Shown piece after piece: positions 18,439-28,763 of a DNA stretch of 64,000 nucleotides (positions are counted from its first letter, which is position 1; the number at the start of each line of letters is the position of its first letter). Under the pieces are notes generated by a model. It saw only the letters and a list, made by a program, of their open reading frames with translations. It was not told where the DNA came from and searched no databases. The position numbers and the translations under genes are program-made. The stretch is from an uncultured Desulfobacterales bacterium. Its GTDB lineage: Bacteria; Desulfobacterota; Dissulfuribacteria; Dissulfuribacterales; QOAL01. The DNA lies in assembly GCA_964638145.1 (NCBI GenBank), contig CAZXAK010000019.1:1117-65116 (forward strand), read 5' to 3'.

Positions 18439-19047
18439 TCATAAAAAATGTTCTGACAAAAGCTCCATCAACAGAGGCTCTGCACTGTTCAGCAAGGTCT
18501 CAAAGGAACAGTCCACCATCTGCCTCATATCCTCACTGAACACACGACAGCCTCCACTCATGGAGGCCGGCTTGTCAGCAAGCCTGACCTTCCTGCCTGT
18601 CTCAGAGGCAATGGAGGCCAGCACCCCGCTATCCATAACCCCCATATCCTGGGAATTTACCTGAACTATACAGGTATCTGACTGCAACTGCCGGATGCCG
18701 CCTGCGGCAAGGGATATCAGAAGCCCCTTATACCCTGGTTCACTACGTATGGACCGGAGCCTGCGTACAGCACTCTCCTTCAGGCTGGAAAGTATCCGCT
18801 TTTTCTCTTTGAGCACAAGCTGCCTTGCCCTCAACTCTGCCGCGTCAGTAATACGCCTCGCCTCTACCGCAGCCTCCTGTCTCTCCCTGTCAATACGCGC
18901 GTGCAGCCTGGAGTTTACCTCACTGCGCACCTTTTCTATCTGTTCATCTGCCCTGGCCCTGGCCTTTTCCAGTATGCCCTCCACCTCCTTGCGGGCTGCG
19001 TCTTCAATGGCAGTGCATAACAGTGCTATCTGGTCAGGAATGGGCAT
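18439..19047 (-). CDS. atpE: A/V-type ATP synthase subunit E
   Basis: 202 aa. Long charged N-terminal helix plus a C-terminal globular part (SGGCRVFSEDMRQMVDCSFETLL). Position is within the ATPase operon. Confidence 0.7.
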   Translation of the reverse strand: MPIPDQIALLCTAIEDAARKEVEGILEKARARADEQIEKVRSEVNSRLHARIDRERQEAAVEARRITDAAELRARQLVLKEKKRILSSLKESAVRRLRSIRSEPGYKGLLISLAAGGIRQLQSDTCIVQVNSQDMGVMDSGVLASIASETGRKVRLADKPASMSGGCRVFSEDMRQMVDCSFETLLNSAEPLLMELLSEHFL

Positions 19048-19069
19048 GATCCTATCTCCTCAGGCTGTC

Positions 19070-19372
19070 TCATGATCTCATAAGTGAAACCATCATCTCG
19101 CTGACAGAGGCCCGCTTCTGCACAGGCCCCTTGGTATCAGGTATCTCAATCACCAGCGGATGCTTTGTGACATAAATCACCTGGTCGATCCGGTCCCGGA
19201 TCTCCTGGGCTATGCGCTGAGTTATTAGCACAAGCCCTGTATCACTGTCACTGCTTGCCTTCTCAAAGGCCCTGGCCGCCTCATCCGCACCCTGCACCGG
19301 CACTGTACTGAAACCCGCAAGGGAAAAGGCAAGACAGGTCTCCGGATCTGCTATAACCGTAATGTGCGCCAC
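19070..19372 (-). CDS. atpF: A/V-type ATP synthase subunit F
   Basis: 100 aa. ITVIADPETCLAFSLAGF ... LVLITQRIA ... PLVIEIP pattern typical of subunit F. Confidence 0.75.
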   Translation of the reverse strand: MAHITVIADPETCLAFSLAGFSTVPVQGADEAARAFEKASSDSDTGLVLITQRIAQEIRDRIDQVIYVTKHPLVIEIPDTKGPVQKRASVSEMMVSLMRS

Positions 19373-19381
19373 AGGCCCTGT

Positions 19382-19786
19382 TCAAATCTTGCCAAGGATC
19401 ATGATGGCAATTATGAGACCATAAATCGCTATACCCTCGGCAAGCCCCATAAAGATCAGGGCGCGTCCGGCCATCTCAGGCCTTTCGCTAAGGGCACCCA
19501 TTGCAGCAGACCCCACCATGGCAACGGCTATCCCTGCTGCAAGGGACGATGCACCTACTGCCACGGCAGCCCCCATGTAACCCCACTTCGCCGCCTCTGC
19601 AGATACAGGCATGGTTGCTGCCCTCTGGGCCAGTACCACTGCCGGGGCAAAAAGGACACAGAAATTGGATACGAGCATAAAAATAAATTTCCAGTTTGGA
19701 TTTGGTCCATGCGGACCGTTTCCCATATTCATATTAAAGACTGATCTGCGAGCCTTGCCACATGAAGGACTATTCCTTGAAGTCAT
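19382..19786 (-). CDS. atpK: A/V-type ATP synthase proteolipid subunit K (c)
   Basis: ATG 19786 is the first start that does not overlap atpI. AAGGAG lies about 12 nt upstream. Gly/Ala-rich hairpin with the essential carboxylate in GLAEGIAIYGL. Confidence 0.7.
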   Translation of the reverse strand: MTSRNSPSCGKARRSVFNMNMGNGPHGPNPNWKFIFMLVSNFCVLFAPAVVLAQRAATMPVSAEAAKWGYMGAAVAVGASSLAAGIAVAMVGSAAMGALSERPEMAGRALIFMGLAEGIAIYGLIIAIMILGKI

Positions 19787-19808
19787 GGTCTCTCTCTGCT
19801 CCTTTGAT

Positions 19809-21845
19809 TCAGTGTGATCCAGCATGGTGTACCCCTGATGCAAACGGCTTGAATGCCTCTCCGCCTCCCCTGAAAAACTTGCTGAAAAACTCATAATACT
19901 CAAGTCTTACGGTCTGGATGGATACTACGAGGCCCTCAAGCCCCACGATTATCAGATTGCCTGCTACTATGGTAAGAAAATAGAGCAGCCCACTGCCGTG
20001 GACCTGGCGCACCATATCTGCCAAGGTGAACACTGCCACAAATAGCCCTGCGTGGGCCAGGGCAAAGGCAGCCACCCGGACAAAGGATACGGTATTCCCT
20101 GCATAACGCAGCAGATCATCAGCCACCTCAATAACAGATTCCAGCAGACTCACCCCTGTACCCTTCTGCACGGCATCCGGAAGATATCCTCCTGTCTTTC
20201 TGAGGATAAAGAGACGCACCGGTTTCTGAAGGACCATTATGGCCACGAGGACAGCCGCTGTCCACTTGGCGATGAGTATCTCTTCAGGAGACAGCTCTCC
20301 ATTGAGCAGCCAACGTACCCCAAGCCCTATCCCCAACCAGTAGAACAGTGCGCCGGCAAGCCCGGATGCAGAAAGAAGCTCTGCATATCGCCTCATGCGC
20401 ATTACATTTATGATGTTGAATATCAGCCCTGCACTTATCATGAACACCCCGACTCCGGCAGCCATCTTCATGAAATAATCAATGCTGTCCATGGGATGTA
20501 TCCACATGGCAGGAATGAGGTCTTCCATGCCAAACACACTGCCATAAAGCATGCCAAACAGCATGGAAGATACACCGCACTCCATGAGTATTATGCCGTA
20601 ATCCATGAAACGAAACAGCTTTCTGAAGATGTACCAGCCTGTAAGGCACAACAGTGCCCCATGTCCCACATCCCCAAACATCATGCCAAATAGCAGGATA
20701 AAGGTAATTGCGAAGAAGGCAGTAGGTTCCACCTCATGATAGGATGGAGTGCCGTACATGGTTACCAAGCGCTCAAACGGCCTGATCAGCAGGGGATTGT
20801 TAAAGAGTATGGGAAGATTCACTATACCGGAACGCACCTCGCGTATATCATCCGGATCAGCCATGTCCACAATGGCCCTGTCAGAGGTAATCTCAAGGAT
20901 TCGGGTCCTGAGTGTTTCAAAGAGGGAGAGCGGGATCCAGCCGGATATGAGATAGGTCTGATGTATCTGACCAAACTTGGCTGCCGCCCTTACAAGGGAT
21001 ATGGCAAGCTCTGCCTGATCTCGCATCTCCCTGAGTACCGGGCCATACTCTTCGGACATCTGCCGCATGGTCTTCTGCAATGTGGCAAGACGCTTTTCAA
21101 GCCCGGTCAGCTCCTCTGTGACATGATCAAGGAACTCTGTAACCGTACCGTGCACCTGTTCCGGCAGATCAATCGGATCCCAAAGGGCACTCTTCAATGC
21201 CCGCATGAGCACATCCTCATCCTCACGCAGAGAAAAGGCCACCAAGATAACACGCCTGTCCTTCTTGTTTACAGCCACAAGGGCGTGATGAATATCTGCG
21301 AGGCTTGCCTCAAGCCGTTCCATATTGTCACGGGGAACAAGGCCTGCATGCCAACACACGTATCTCAGGCCTGAAAGTCGGTCAAAGTTGATGTGGGCCG
21401 GTTCCATCAGGGAGAGCCTGTCAACAAGGAATCTGTGTCTGTCAATCTCCTGCCTTATACTTTCAATCTGTTCCAACAGGGGAGACACCCGTGCCGACAC
21501 CTCTCCTATCCTCTCCTCCAGGATAAACACATCCCTGTCAATACGAAGGCCGGCCACATCGTGTACAGGCGTTTGGGTAACTGAGTGTGCAGACCGACCT
21601 GACGATTGATTCAAGGTATCAGGCAGCACGGCAAGCAGACGATTGGCCTGTCTGAGAATGGATTGGTAGCGGCCCAGCAGGTCACTGTCCACACTGGCCC
21701 TGTAACCCAGACGCCCCATGTGGGTCTCCTGCAGATTTATTAGATGGAGCATACGCATCTGGCCAAGTACCTGCAACACAGCAGGCACATCTGCCTCAGG
21801 CACCTGTATGGTCACCCTGGCAAGCCTAACCGGTCTGAACATCAC
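19809..21845 (-). CDS. atpI: A/V-type ATP synthase subunit I (a)
   Basis: 678 aa. Soluble N-terminal half and a polytopic C-terminal half with RLEYYEFFSKF near the C-terminus. Confidence 0.85.
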   Translation of the reverse strand: MMFRPVRLARVTIQVPEADVPAVLQVLGQMRMLHLINLQETHMGRLGYRASVDSDLLGRYQSILRQANRLLAVLPDTLNQSSGRSAHSVTQTPVHDVAGLRIDRDVFILEERIGEVSARVSPLLEQIESIRQEIDRHRFLVDRLSLMEPAHINFDRLSGLRYVCWHAGLVPRDNMERLEASLADIHHALVAVNKKDRRVILVAFSLREDEDVLMRALKSALWDPIDLPEQVHGTVTEFLDHVTEELTGLEKRLATLQKTMRQMSEEYGPVLREMRDQAELAISLVRAAAKFGQIHQTYLISGWIPLSLFETLRTRILEITSDRAIVDMADPDDIREVRSGIVNLPILFNNPLLIRPFERLVTMYGTPSYHEVEPTAFFAITFILLFGMMFGDVGHGALLCLTGWYIFRKLFRFMDYGIILMECGVSSMLFGMLYGSVFGMEDLIPAMWIHPMDSIDYFMKMAAGVGVFMISAGLIFNIINVMRMRRYAELLSASGLAGALFYWLGIGLGVRWLLNGELSPEEILIAKWTAAVLVAIMVLQKPVRLFILRKTGGYLPDAVQKGTGVSLLESVIEVADDLLRYAGNTVSFVRVAAFALAHAGLFVAVFTLADMVRQVHGSGLLYFLTIVAGNLIIVGLEGLVVSIQTVRLEYYEFFSKFFRGGGEAFKPFASGVHHAGSH

Positions 21846-21998
21846 CGTGCCCCCCTGACACTATGCCTGATCCCTTCACATCCGATCTCCTCACGCCTGC
21901 GTAGCCTCAGCCTTGTATCTGTAGCACCCTGGAAGCAGCGACATTTCAGACAGTTGTGCAACAATACCCGCAAGGAATCCTGTAAACAGTTACATGGG

Positions 21999-22039
21999 CC
22001 TTGTCAGTTGCTCCTGTATTTCAGGTCTCCTGCATCATG
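21999..22039. repeat. MITE family 1 end-fragment overlapping the atpC 3' end
   Basis: ccttgtcagttgctcctgtatttcaggtctcctgcatcatg versus ctctgccaattgcttctgtatttcaggtgtcgtgtagttatg (copy 48841-48912). Roughly three quarters identical by eye. Confidence 0.45.
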
Positions 22040-23074
22040 TTTTGACTCCACAAGGCTGACGAGCCGTTCGATCTCAGCCTCCTCTTCCAAAAGGCACGCC
22101 ACCTCTATACCAAGGTTAAACGGTGGACCTGCAAATGCCCTGCGCACCCGATCAGCAAGCAACTGCCTGAAATACCCTGTAACCTCCTCCAGGGAAGTAG
22201 CATCCTGAATGTGCTGTCGCACCCGTGCTGGAAGGCGGCTTATAAACTCCTCTCTGTCCTTTGCCTGGGACAAAGGGCCTATCTGCTTCAGTTTGATGAG
22301 GCTACCGCCTGCAAGCGAATAATTCACCACCTGTTCAGGTTGAAGGCCATAACTCCATCTCAATCTTATTATCCATGATATGTTGACAAAATCAATAAAT
22401 GGTCCCACCACCATATGCACCGCCCTGTAATCACCACGGGACAGGGCTGCCACAGAACGCCTGAGCCAATGAAAACATGCATGATCCACCGCGATCTCAA
22501 GGGGAAACAGGATACCCTGGGCCTGAAACTGGGGATATGCGAACCTAAGTGCCTGGGCAAAGACGGAACGGCCAAGCCTGGCCTCTACCTGTGATATATC
22601 ATCAAGTGCCCAGAGGTCACTCCATGGTATGCGGCTTAACCCGCATTGGGGAAAGAGCAGATGTTCCACCTCCTCACGGGTACGCATGGAAAAGAGCGCC
22701 CTGAGGAGAATCTTGAGGTTTTGCCCATCAAATCGAGAGTAGAGGGAAAGGATGAGCTCCTTGCGTCTCCTGCTGCCCAGTGCCCGGAAAATCTTGGCAT
22801 AATCCTCCATTAGACGGGTATACAATACCCTTTCCAATCTCTTTTTGAATAAACCTCCATATTCATTCTTGGCCAGGGAGGTCTGCTGGGAATCGTAAAC
22901 CGAACTGGTATGGGAAGCGATAAAAGGGGAGTATGAGGTGGTGGAAAGATACTGGATCACCCTTCCGAGATCCGGCATGTTCGCAAGGATGTGCCAGTCT
23001 TCAGGGGTGAGCCGCCAGGCACGTATTGCCCGTGCCTTGGCATTGGCATATGAGTAGATGAACGGCCCCAGCAT
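22004..23074 (-). CDS. atpC: A/V-type ATP synthase subunit C (d)
   Basis: 356 aa. N-terminal FIYSYANAKARAIRAWRL is typical of the subunit C/d family. Confidence 0.8.
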   Translation of the reverse strand: MLGPFIYSYANAKARAIRAWRLTPEDWHILANMPDLGRVIQYLSTTSYSPFIASHTSSVYDSQQTSLAKNEYGGLFKKRLERVLYTRLMEDYAKIFRALGSRRRKELILSLYSRFDGQNLKILLRALFSMRTREEVEHLLFPQCGLSRIPWSDLWALDDISQVEARLGRSVFAQALRFAYPQFQAQGILFPLEIAVDHACFHWLRRSVAALSRGDYRAVHMVVGPFIDFVNISWIIRLRWSYGLQPEQVVNYSLAGGSLIKLKQIGPLSQAKDREEFISRLPARVRQHIQDATSLEEVTGYFRQLLADRVRRAFAGPPFNLGIEVACLLEEEAEIERLVSLVESKHDAGDLKYRSN

Positions 23075-23081
23075 AGAGGGA

Positions 23082-23420
23082 TTACCGTGATGTCTCCTGC
23101 GTCATCGTGTAATTAGAGAATATGGTGTGCAAAAACCTATCCAACAGCTCCTCTTTGTGGTCATCAACCCTCTGTTTCAGCCTTTGGATATAGTCTTGAG
23201 CGTCAGATTCTATCCTGCTGGCCCTGTCATGTGCTGCCTGGATCATGGGTTCGATCTCATCTCTCCTCAGTTGTTCAATACGTGCTTCAAGACCTGCCTC
23301 AAGATCGGCTGCCTCCTGCTCAGCGCTTCGGAGGATGCCGTTGGCCTTGTCCTCAGCCTCTTTTACCAAGGACCTGGCATGCTCGTCACACGCCACTATC
23401 TTTTCAAGCTCAGCCTTCAT
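23082..23420 (-). CDS. A/V-type ATPase peripheral-stalk-like coiled-coil subunit (H/G-like)
   Basis: ATG 23420 (MKAELEKIVA...) is preceded by GGAGGAGGGG. About 112 aa of charged heptad-like sequence. It is the first gene of the ATPase string. Confidence 0.5.
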   Translation of the reverse strand: MKAELEKIVACDEHARSLVKEAEDKANGILRSAEQEAADLEAGLEARIEQLRRDEIEPMIQAAHDRASRIESDAQDYIQRLKQRVDDHKEELLDRFLHTIFSNYTMTQETSR

Positions 23421-23531
23421 CCTTGCCCCTCCTCCATCCAGCACAAGACATCCAACTGAATAAGGGTGCAGGCACCCGTACGCAGATTCAATCCTACGGA
23501 TGCCTGGCACATGAACATACCCCCTTCACTA

Positions 23532-23858
23532 TCATACCTTTACCGGCACCTTGAACCTGAGGACATTCTTGGCCGCATCCTGGCCGGATGTTATCTCTAT
23601 ACCCTTAATGGTGCCGTTGTCCTTTTCCACAGCGATCTGTTGCGGATCCTCCACAATATGATCGAGCTTTTCAAACAGTATGGACACCACATCGTCCTTG
23701 GGATCATATGAAACGCCCAACAGAGGCAGCCACTCCACCTCCTTCTTATCAAAAATACCCAGGGCCTCCACTTCTACCTCAACAGGGACATCCTTTATGG
23801 CCTTGGAAAAATCGTCGAGATAATCCTTCCACTGTGATTTGGCAATAGTTTCCATCAT
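23532..23858 (-). CDS. small conserved hypothetical protein (possibly DUF5335-like)
   Basis: 108-aa acidic ORF with a GGAGG RBS. Lies 111 nt upstream of the ATPase operon. The family assignment is from memory only. Confidence 0.5.
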   Translation of the reverse strand: MMETIAKSQWKDYLDDFSKAIKDVPVEVEVEALGIFDKKEVEWLPLLGVSYDPKDDVVSILFEKLDHIVEDPQQIAVEKDNGTIKGIEITSGQDAAKNVLRFKVPVKV

Positions 23859-24158
23859 GATACTTAACCTCCTTCAGATAAGACCTGTGTCACTGATGCG
23901 AACGGGAAAATCCCATTAACACCAAATAACAGAAAACAATAAAATCAGCTCATTACACTACACATCAATGGACCTATATTTTATTCCATTTGCCATAAAC
24001 TCTATGTACGCAACAAGGCTTAGTCAATGGCTGCCCAAATAACGATGCAGGACTGTACGCCATGCTGTCTCAGTGCCCCTGTCCCCAGAAAAAAACCACA
24101 ATCAGACTATTGACTTAACAGTCTGGCGAGGAGTAGTATGGTGGGTCTAAACTTTCAT

Positions 24159-24432
24159 CCTAAATTGAATGTTTTAAATTACATGAAGTTTTGTTTTGTC
24201 CTTAATTACAATAGATTATTGCTATTTTATAGGGAATTGTCTGCCACCCAACGGGTTTGGCCTAACAGTTTTTGCTGACCACATAATTTGAAACGACTGC
24301 GGGGTTCCCAGTTTCGCATGATCTGCTGCGCCGGAGTCTTCGCTTGCCTGTAGGGCACTTGAAGTACAAACAGTACGTCTGCGTATCTTCCGCCTTGCAT
24401 CTCATGCAAACTTGGAAATCACCCAATTCAGG
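24159..24432. mobile_element. MITE-like element, family 2 (full copy G2, inverted relative to G1)
   Basis: 274 bp. Collinear with the reverse complement of 7315-7569. Ends cctaaattgaatg / cacccaattcagg. Flanked by tttca on both sides (about 24153-24157 and 24433-24437). Confidence 0.7.
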
Positions 24433-24542
24433 TTTCAGATAGATTTTAAGACAAGGTTACGTCCTGCAACCTGACATTACAGAGAGTTTCACAGAAGATC
24501 ACTGGGCCGCAATACCGGCACCATCAACCACAGGACAGAGAC

Positions 24543-25442
24543 GTGTCGGAATTCCATCTCAAAACATATCTGAAGGAACGAAGAGAGAAGGTAGAGGCCG
24601 CGCTGGACCGTCTTCTACCAGTAACCAATGATCCCTCCGCCCCTGTGATGGAGGCCATGCGTTACAGCATAATGGCAGGGGGCAAACGTGTCAGACCAAT
24701 ACTCCTGATGGCAGGGGCAGAGGCGGTTGGAGGCCATGCAGACAGGCTCCTGCCTGCTGCCTGTGCCCTGGAATGCCTCCACACATACTCCCTGATACAT
24801 GACGACCTGCCTGCAATGGATGACGATGACCTGCGCCGTGGCAGGGCTACCTGTCACAAGGTCTACGGGGAGGCCATAGCCATTCTCGCAGGTGACGGCC
24901 TGCTGAACTACTCCTTTGAGCTGCTCTCATCAATGGAGATGAGAGAGGCAGTTGACCCTGCGCTGCTCAACGAGACCATATCAATCTTTGGCAGGGCAGC
25001 AGGTGTATTTGGTATGATAGGGGGCCAAACTGCAGACATCCTCTTTGAAGGCAAACCCATTGACGCAGAAACGCTTGCCTTCATTCATAGCCACAAGACC
25101 GGCGCACTCCTCGCAGTGTCTGTGGAGATGGGGGCAGTGCTTGGCAATGCGGACCCTGAGCAGCGCCAGGCCCTCAAAGAATTTGGAAAGGCCCTTGGCC
25201 TTACATTTCAGATAGTTGATGATATCCTTGATATTGTTGGAGATGAAAAAATAATTGGAAAGCCGATAGGTTCTGACACAAAGAACAAAAAGGCCACCTA
25301 TCCGGCCCTGTTTGGGCTCGAGGCCGCACGCAGCAAGGCAGAAGACCTGCTTGACCAGGCCCTTGCCGCACTGTCGGATTTTGATCACAAAGCCGATCCC
25401 CTCAGGGCCATTGCACGCTATGTGGTAGAACGTAATAGATGA
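24543..25442 (+). CDS. ispA: (2E,6E)-farnesyl diphosphate synthase / polyprenyl synthetase
   Basis: 299 aa with a GTG start. Asp-rich motifs [17 protein letters not shown] and QIVDDILD. Confidence 0.85.
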   Translation: MSEFHLKTYLKERREKVEAALDRLLPVTNDPSAPVMEAMRYSIMAGGKRVRPILLMAGAEAVGGHADRLLPAACALECLHTYSLIHDDLPAMDDDDLRRGRATCHKVYGEAIAILAGDGLLNYSFELLSSMEMREAVDPALLNETISIFGRAAGVFGMIGGQTADILFEGKPIDAETLAFIHSHKTGALLAVSVEMGAVLGNADPEQRQALKEFGKALGLTFQIVDDILDIVGDEKIIGKPIGSDTKNKKATYPALFGLEAARSKAEDLLDQALAALSDFDHKADPLRAIARYVVERNR

Positions 25443-25470
25443 AAATATAGATAAGGAGCTGATAACCGGT

Positions 25471-27399
25471 ATGGCATGCCTGCTTGATACTATTAACTCA
25501 CCACAGGATATAAAGGACTTCAACCTCAACGAGCTTAACCAGCTTGCCCAGGAGATAAGGGAAAGGATTGTCACCACAGTGGCAAAGAGCGGGGGACATC
25601 TTGCCCCAAGCCTCGGTGTGGTTGAACTGACCATAGCACTGCACTACCTGTTCGACACCCCTAAGGACAAGATTGTATGGGATGTTGGGCACCAGTCCTA
25701 TGCGCACAAACTCCTCACAGGCCGGCGCAAGCAGTTCCACACATTGAGGCAGCAGGGGGGTATCAGCGGTTTCCCCAAGATTGAAGAGAGCATTCACGAC
25801 GCCCTGGACACTGGCCACAGCAGCACCTCCATATCCGCGGCCCTGGGCATGACCACTGCCAAGGACCTTGAAAACAAAGATGGCAAGGTGATAGCAGTCA
25901 TTGGCGACGGCTCCATGACTGCAGGTCTTGCCTTTGAGGGCCTGAACAACGCAGGGAGCCTGCGAAAAGACCTCATCGTCATTCTCAATGATAATGAGAT
26001 GTCCATATCGCCCAATGTGGGGGCACTTTCCTCATTTTTGAGCAGAAAGCTCACCAGCCGTTTTGCAACCAAGATAAAACGTGAGGTAGAGGCATTTCTG
26101 AAACGGTCTGACCTTGGTGAAAACATATGGGCTGCCATGAAGAGGGGCGAAGACTCCCTCAAGAGCCTGTTTACCCCTGGCATGCTCTTTGAAGCCCTGC
26201 AGTTCGAATATGTAGGCCCCATTCCAGGCCACGAGATAGACGCGCTCATCGAGACCATCAACAACGTCCAGAATATTCCAGGACCGGTCCTGGTGCACGT
26301 ACTCACCAAAAAGGGCAAGGGCTATGAGCCTGCGGAGAAAAATCCCTCAAAGTTCCACGGACTTGGGCCATTTGATATAGAGACAGGGGCACCCATACAG
26401 TCCAAGACCCCCAAGCCCCCTACCTATACCCAGATATTCAGCCAGACCATTACCAGAATAGCCCAGGACAACCCCACGGTAGTTGCAGTAACTGCGGCAA
26501 TGCCGTCAGGCACAGGCCTGGATGCGTTCCAGAAGGAGTTTCCTGATCGATTTTTTGATGTGGGCATTGCAGAACAGCACGCTGTGACATTTGCTGCAGG
26601 TATGGCACTGGAGGGTCTTAAACCGGTTGTGGCAATCTATTCCACGTTCCTGCAGAGGGCCTACGACCAGATCATTCATGACGTATGCCTCACCAGACAG
26701 CCTGTCCTGTTTGCCATTGACCGCGGAGGGCTTGTGGGTGACGACGGCCCTACACACCACGGGGTCTTTGACCTCTCATTCCTCAGAAGCATCCCCAACA
26801 TGGTGGTCATGGCCCCAAAGGATGAAAACGAGCTGCAGCACATGATCTATACAGGCATACAGCACAATGGGCCTGCTGCTGTACGCTATCCCAGGGGAAC
26901 AGGTGTGGGAGTAAGCCTTGACTGGCAGTTCTGCGAGCTGCCCATAGGCAAGGCGGAGATCCTGATGGAGGGTGACGACCTTGCAATAATTGCCGTAGGA
27001 CAGCATGTGCAGACAGCTCTCAGGGCCGCTGAACAGTTGAAGGAGGAAAGCGGCATAAGGGCAGCAGTGATCAATGCACGTTTCATCAAGCCCATTGACA
27101 GTGAGACCATAACCAAATTTGCCCGTGACACTGGCAAGATCATTACCATTGAGGAAAACGCCCTTGCCGGCGGCTTTGGTTCTGCCGTTCTTGAATGCCT
27201 TGCAGACGAAGGCATGAGTCACGTCAAGGTAAAACGTCTTGGCCTGCCTGACAGGTTTATAGACCAGGGCGCACAGGATATCTTGCGCAAGTCTGTTGGT
27301 CTTGACATTGACTCAGTGGTCAAAGCGGCTAAAGAGCTGGTCAATCCTGACCAGGCCGAACCGCGGCCAATAACCAAGGTACACAGTTTGCGGGTATAG
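25471..27399 (+). CDS. dxs: 1-deoxy-D-xylulose-5-phosphate synthase
   Basis: 642 aa. [12 protein letters not shown] and the ThDP motif [18 protein letters not shown]. Classic ispA-dxs order. Confidence 0.95.
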   Translation: MACLLDTINSPQDIKDFNLNELNQLAQEIRERIVTTVAKSGGHLAPSLGVVELTIALHYLFDTPKDKIVWDVGHQSYAHKLLTGRRKQFHTLRQQGGISGFPKIEESIHDALDTGHSSTSISAALGMTTAKDLENKDGKVIAVIGDGSMTAGLAFEGLNNAGSLRKDLIVILNDNEMSISPNVGALSSFLSRKLTSRFATKIKREVEAFLKRSDLGENIWAAMKRGEDSLKSLFTPGMLFEALQFEYVGPIPGHEIDALIETINNVQNIPGPVLVHVLTKKGKGYEPAEKNPSKFHGLGPFDIETGAPIQSKTPKPPTYTQIFSQTITRIAQDNPTVVAVTAAMPSGTGLDAFQKEFPDRFFDVGIAEQHAVTFAAGMALEGLKPVVAIYSTFLQRAYDQIIHDVCLTRQPVLFAIDRGGLVGDDGPTHHGVFDLSFLRSIPNMVVMAPKDENELQHMIYTGIQHNGPAAVRYPRGTGVGVSLDWQFCELPIGKAEILMEGDDLAIIAVGQHVQTALRAAEQLKEESGIRAAVINARFIKPIDSETITKFARDTGKIITIEENALAGGFGSAVLECLADEGMSHVKVKRLGLPDRFIDQGAQDILRKSVGLDIDSVVKAAKELVNPDQAEPRPITKVHSLRV

Positions 27400-27450
27400 C
27401 CTGCCTGGTCCGCTGTTAGAAATTATAATCCAGACCTGCAAAGTACACCT

Positions 27451-28386
27451 GTGAGATATCCTGAACTGCCCAAAGATGCCCCTCTATCCCACTCATGGAG
27501 GAGGGGCGTGGCCATGCTGCAGAATCCGGCATGGCCTCTCTGCAACATGGGCGCAATGATATATTTTACAGGGCCGTATCAGCGTGTTGCGGATATGCTT
27601 CCTGACATGCCGGAAGCGCTTGAAGTTGCGTCAATAACTTACCGGATGCCCGCCAAAATATTGACGAATTTCATAGACATTCTTAATATTTTTGAAACAT
27701 TCAAGACAGATGAATGGTCGAATCCAACTTCAAACACACCCAAAAACAACGCCCCTGAATCAGCACATCCCAACCATTCCCCTATAAAAGTTGTGGATAC
27801 ATCAGGCAACAGGGTTGATGCCTTTGAAGCTGCAATGGCCAGGGCAAAACACAACATCATAGACAGAGAACTTGAGTCCATAAATTCCCTGCTATGTTCT
27901 CCGTGCAACTGCACACTGTGCTGTGTTGGCCCTGACTGGGAAGCCATACAGGACTTTTTTGAAATCCCGCTCATGGACATGGAGAGGCACCTCTTTGAAC
28001 TGCCAAGTGTGGACTCTGAACAGACCAGAAAGACCGACCCGTACAGCGACCCTCCAATTCTAATCAATAAAAAGCCCTTTTATCACAATCCTACAGCACT
28101 TTACAGGTGGTCAGAAGGCTGGAGCATGATTCTCACAAGGGGTAGTACATGCCCGGCACTTTCAGTAAATGGCACCTGTACCATATATGCGGACAGACCA
28201 CAGGTATGCCGCAAACCGCAAATTTTTTCAGATGTGTTGGAACGTACCGGACATAATGAGTACATACTGAGAAACAGCCTGCTCGCCGTCCTGGACTGCC
28301 CTTATGTGAGATATCTGAAAGATGAAATCACTGCATATGCAAGCATGTGCGAGACAGATATCGTATTTAAAGAAAACAAGGAATAG
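27451..28386 (+). CDS. YkgJ-type (CxxCxxCC) Cys-cluster protein with long N-terminal extension
   Basis: 311 aa with a GTG start (uncertain). CSPCNCTLCC and GSTCPALSVNGTCTIYADRPQVCRKPQ resemble the zinc/iron-chelating YkgJ family. Confidence 0.6.
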   Translation: MRYPELPKDAPLSHSWRRGVAMLQNPAWPLCNMGAMIYFTGPYQRVADMLPDMPEALEVASITYRMPAKILTNFIDILNIFETFKTDEWSNPTSNTPKNNAPESAHPNHSPIKVVDTSGNRVDAFEAAMARAKHNIIDRELESINSLLCSPCNCTLCCVGPDWEAIQDFFEIPLMDMERHLFELPSVDSEQTRKTDPYSDPPILINKKPFYHNPTALYRWSEGWSMILTRGSTCPALSVNGTCTIYADRPQVCRKPQIFSDVLERTGHNEYILRNSLLAVLDCPYVRYLKDEITAYASMCETDIVFKENKE

Positions 28387-28466
28387 ACACGACCAAACCA
28401 TCCCTCCCTCTCCTGCTCATCACCCAGCCCTCAATATTCAACATTTTTTACAGAGCCTGACAATAT

Positions 28467-28482
28467 TGGCACACAGGTTGCA
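28467..28482 (+). promoter_or_regulatory. sigma-54 (-24/-12) promoter
   Basis: TGGCACacaggTTGCA. This matches the TGGCAC-N5-TTGCA consensus, including the GG-N10-GC spacing, and is intergenic. Confidence 0.6.
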
Positions 28483-28538
28483 TGTTAATATAATCAAACA
28501 GCTAATCATAATAACCAGAAAAAGCGGGAGCAAGAAAA

Positions 28539-28652
28539 ATGAAATGCCTTAAAAATCCCCGCAGACCCACGGAACCAGCCATTTGCAACAACTGCAGGCG
28601 TAAGTGTGAAAAAGCGGGAAAACGGAAAAAAACATTAAAAATGAAAAAATAA
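28539..28652 (+). CDS. candidate 37-aa basic Cys-rich small protein
   Basis: MKCLKNPRRPTEPAICNNCRRKCEKAGKRKKTLKMKK. GGGAG lies upstream. The ORF sits between the sigma-54 promoter and the terminator and is too short for the ORF track. Coding status is unproven. Confidence 0.3.
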   Translation: MKCLKNPRRPTEPAICNNCRRKCEKAGKRKKTLKMKK

Positions 28653-28763
28653 AAAGCTGCCAAGACAGCACGGGTGCCACAGACAGTTGCCATAAGCAGA
28701 TGCCATAATTTGTTTAACATGCGCAACGTATGTTAACATCTCTCCTCCTTCTCCTCCTCCATT

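Noticed and set aside
28502-28726. A 74-aa minus-strand ORF (TTG start) in the sigma-54 / terminator interval.
   Set aside because: It has a non-ATG start without an RBS, odd composition, and lies antisense to the promoter-terminator unit. It is kept only as an alternative mentioned in the finding.
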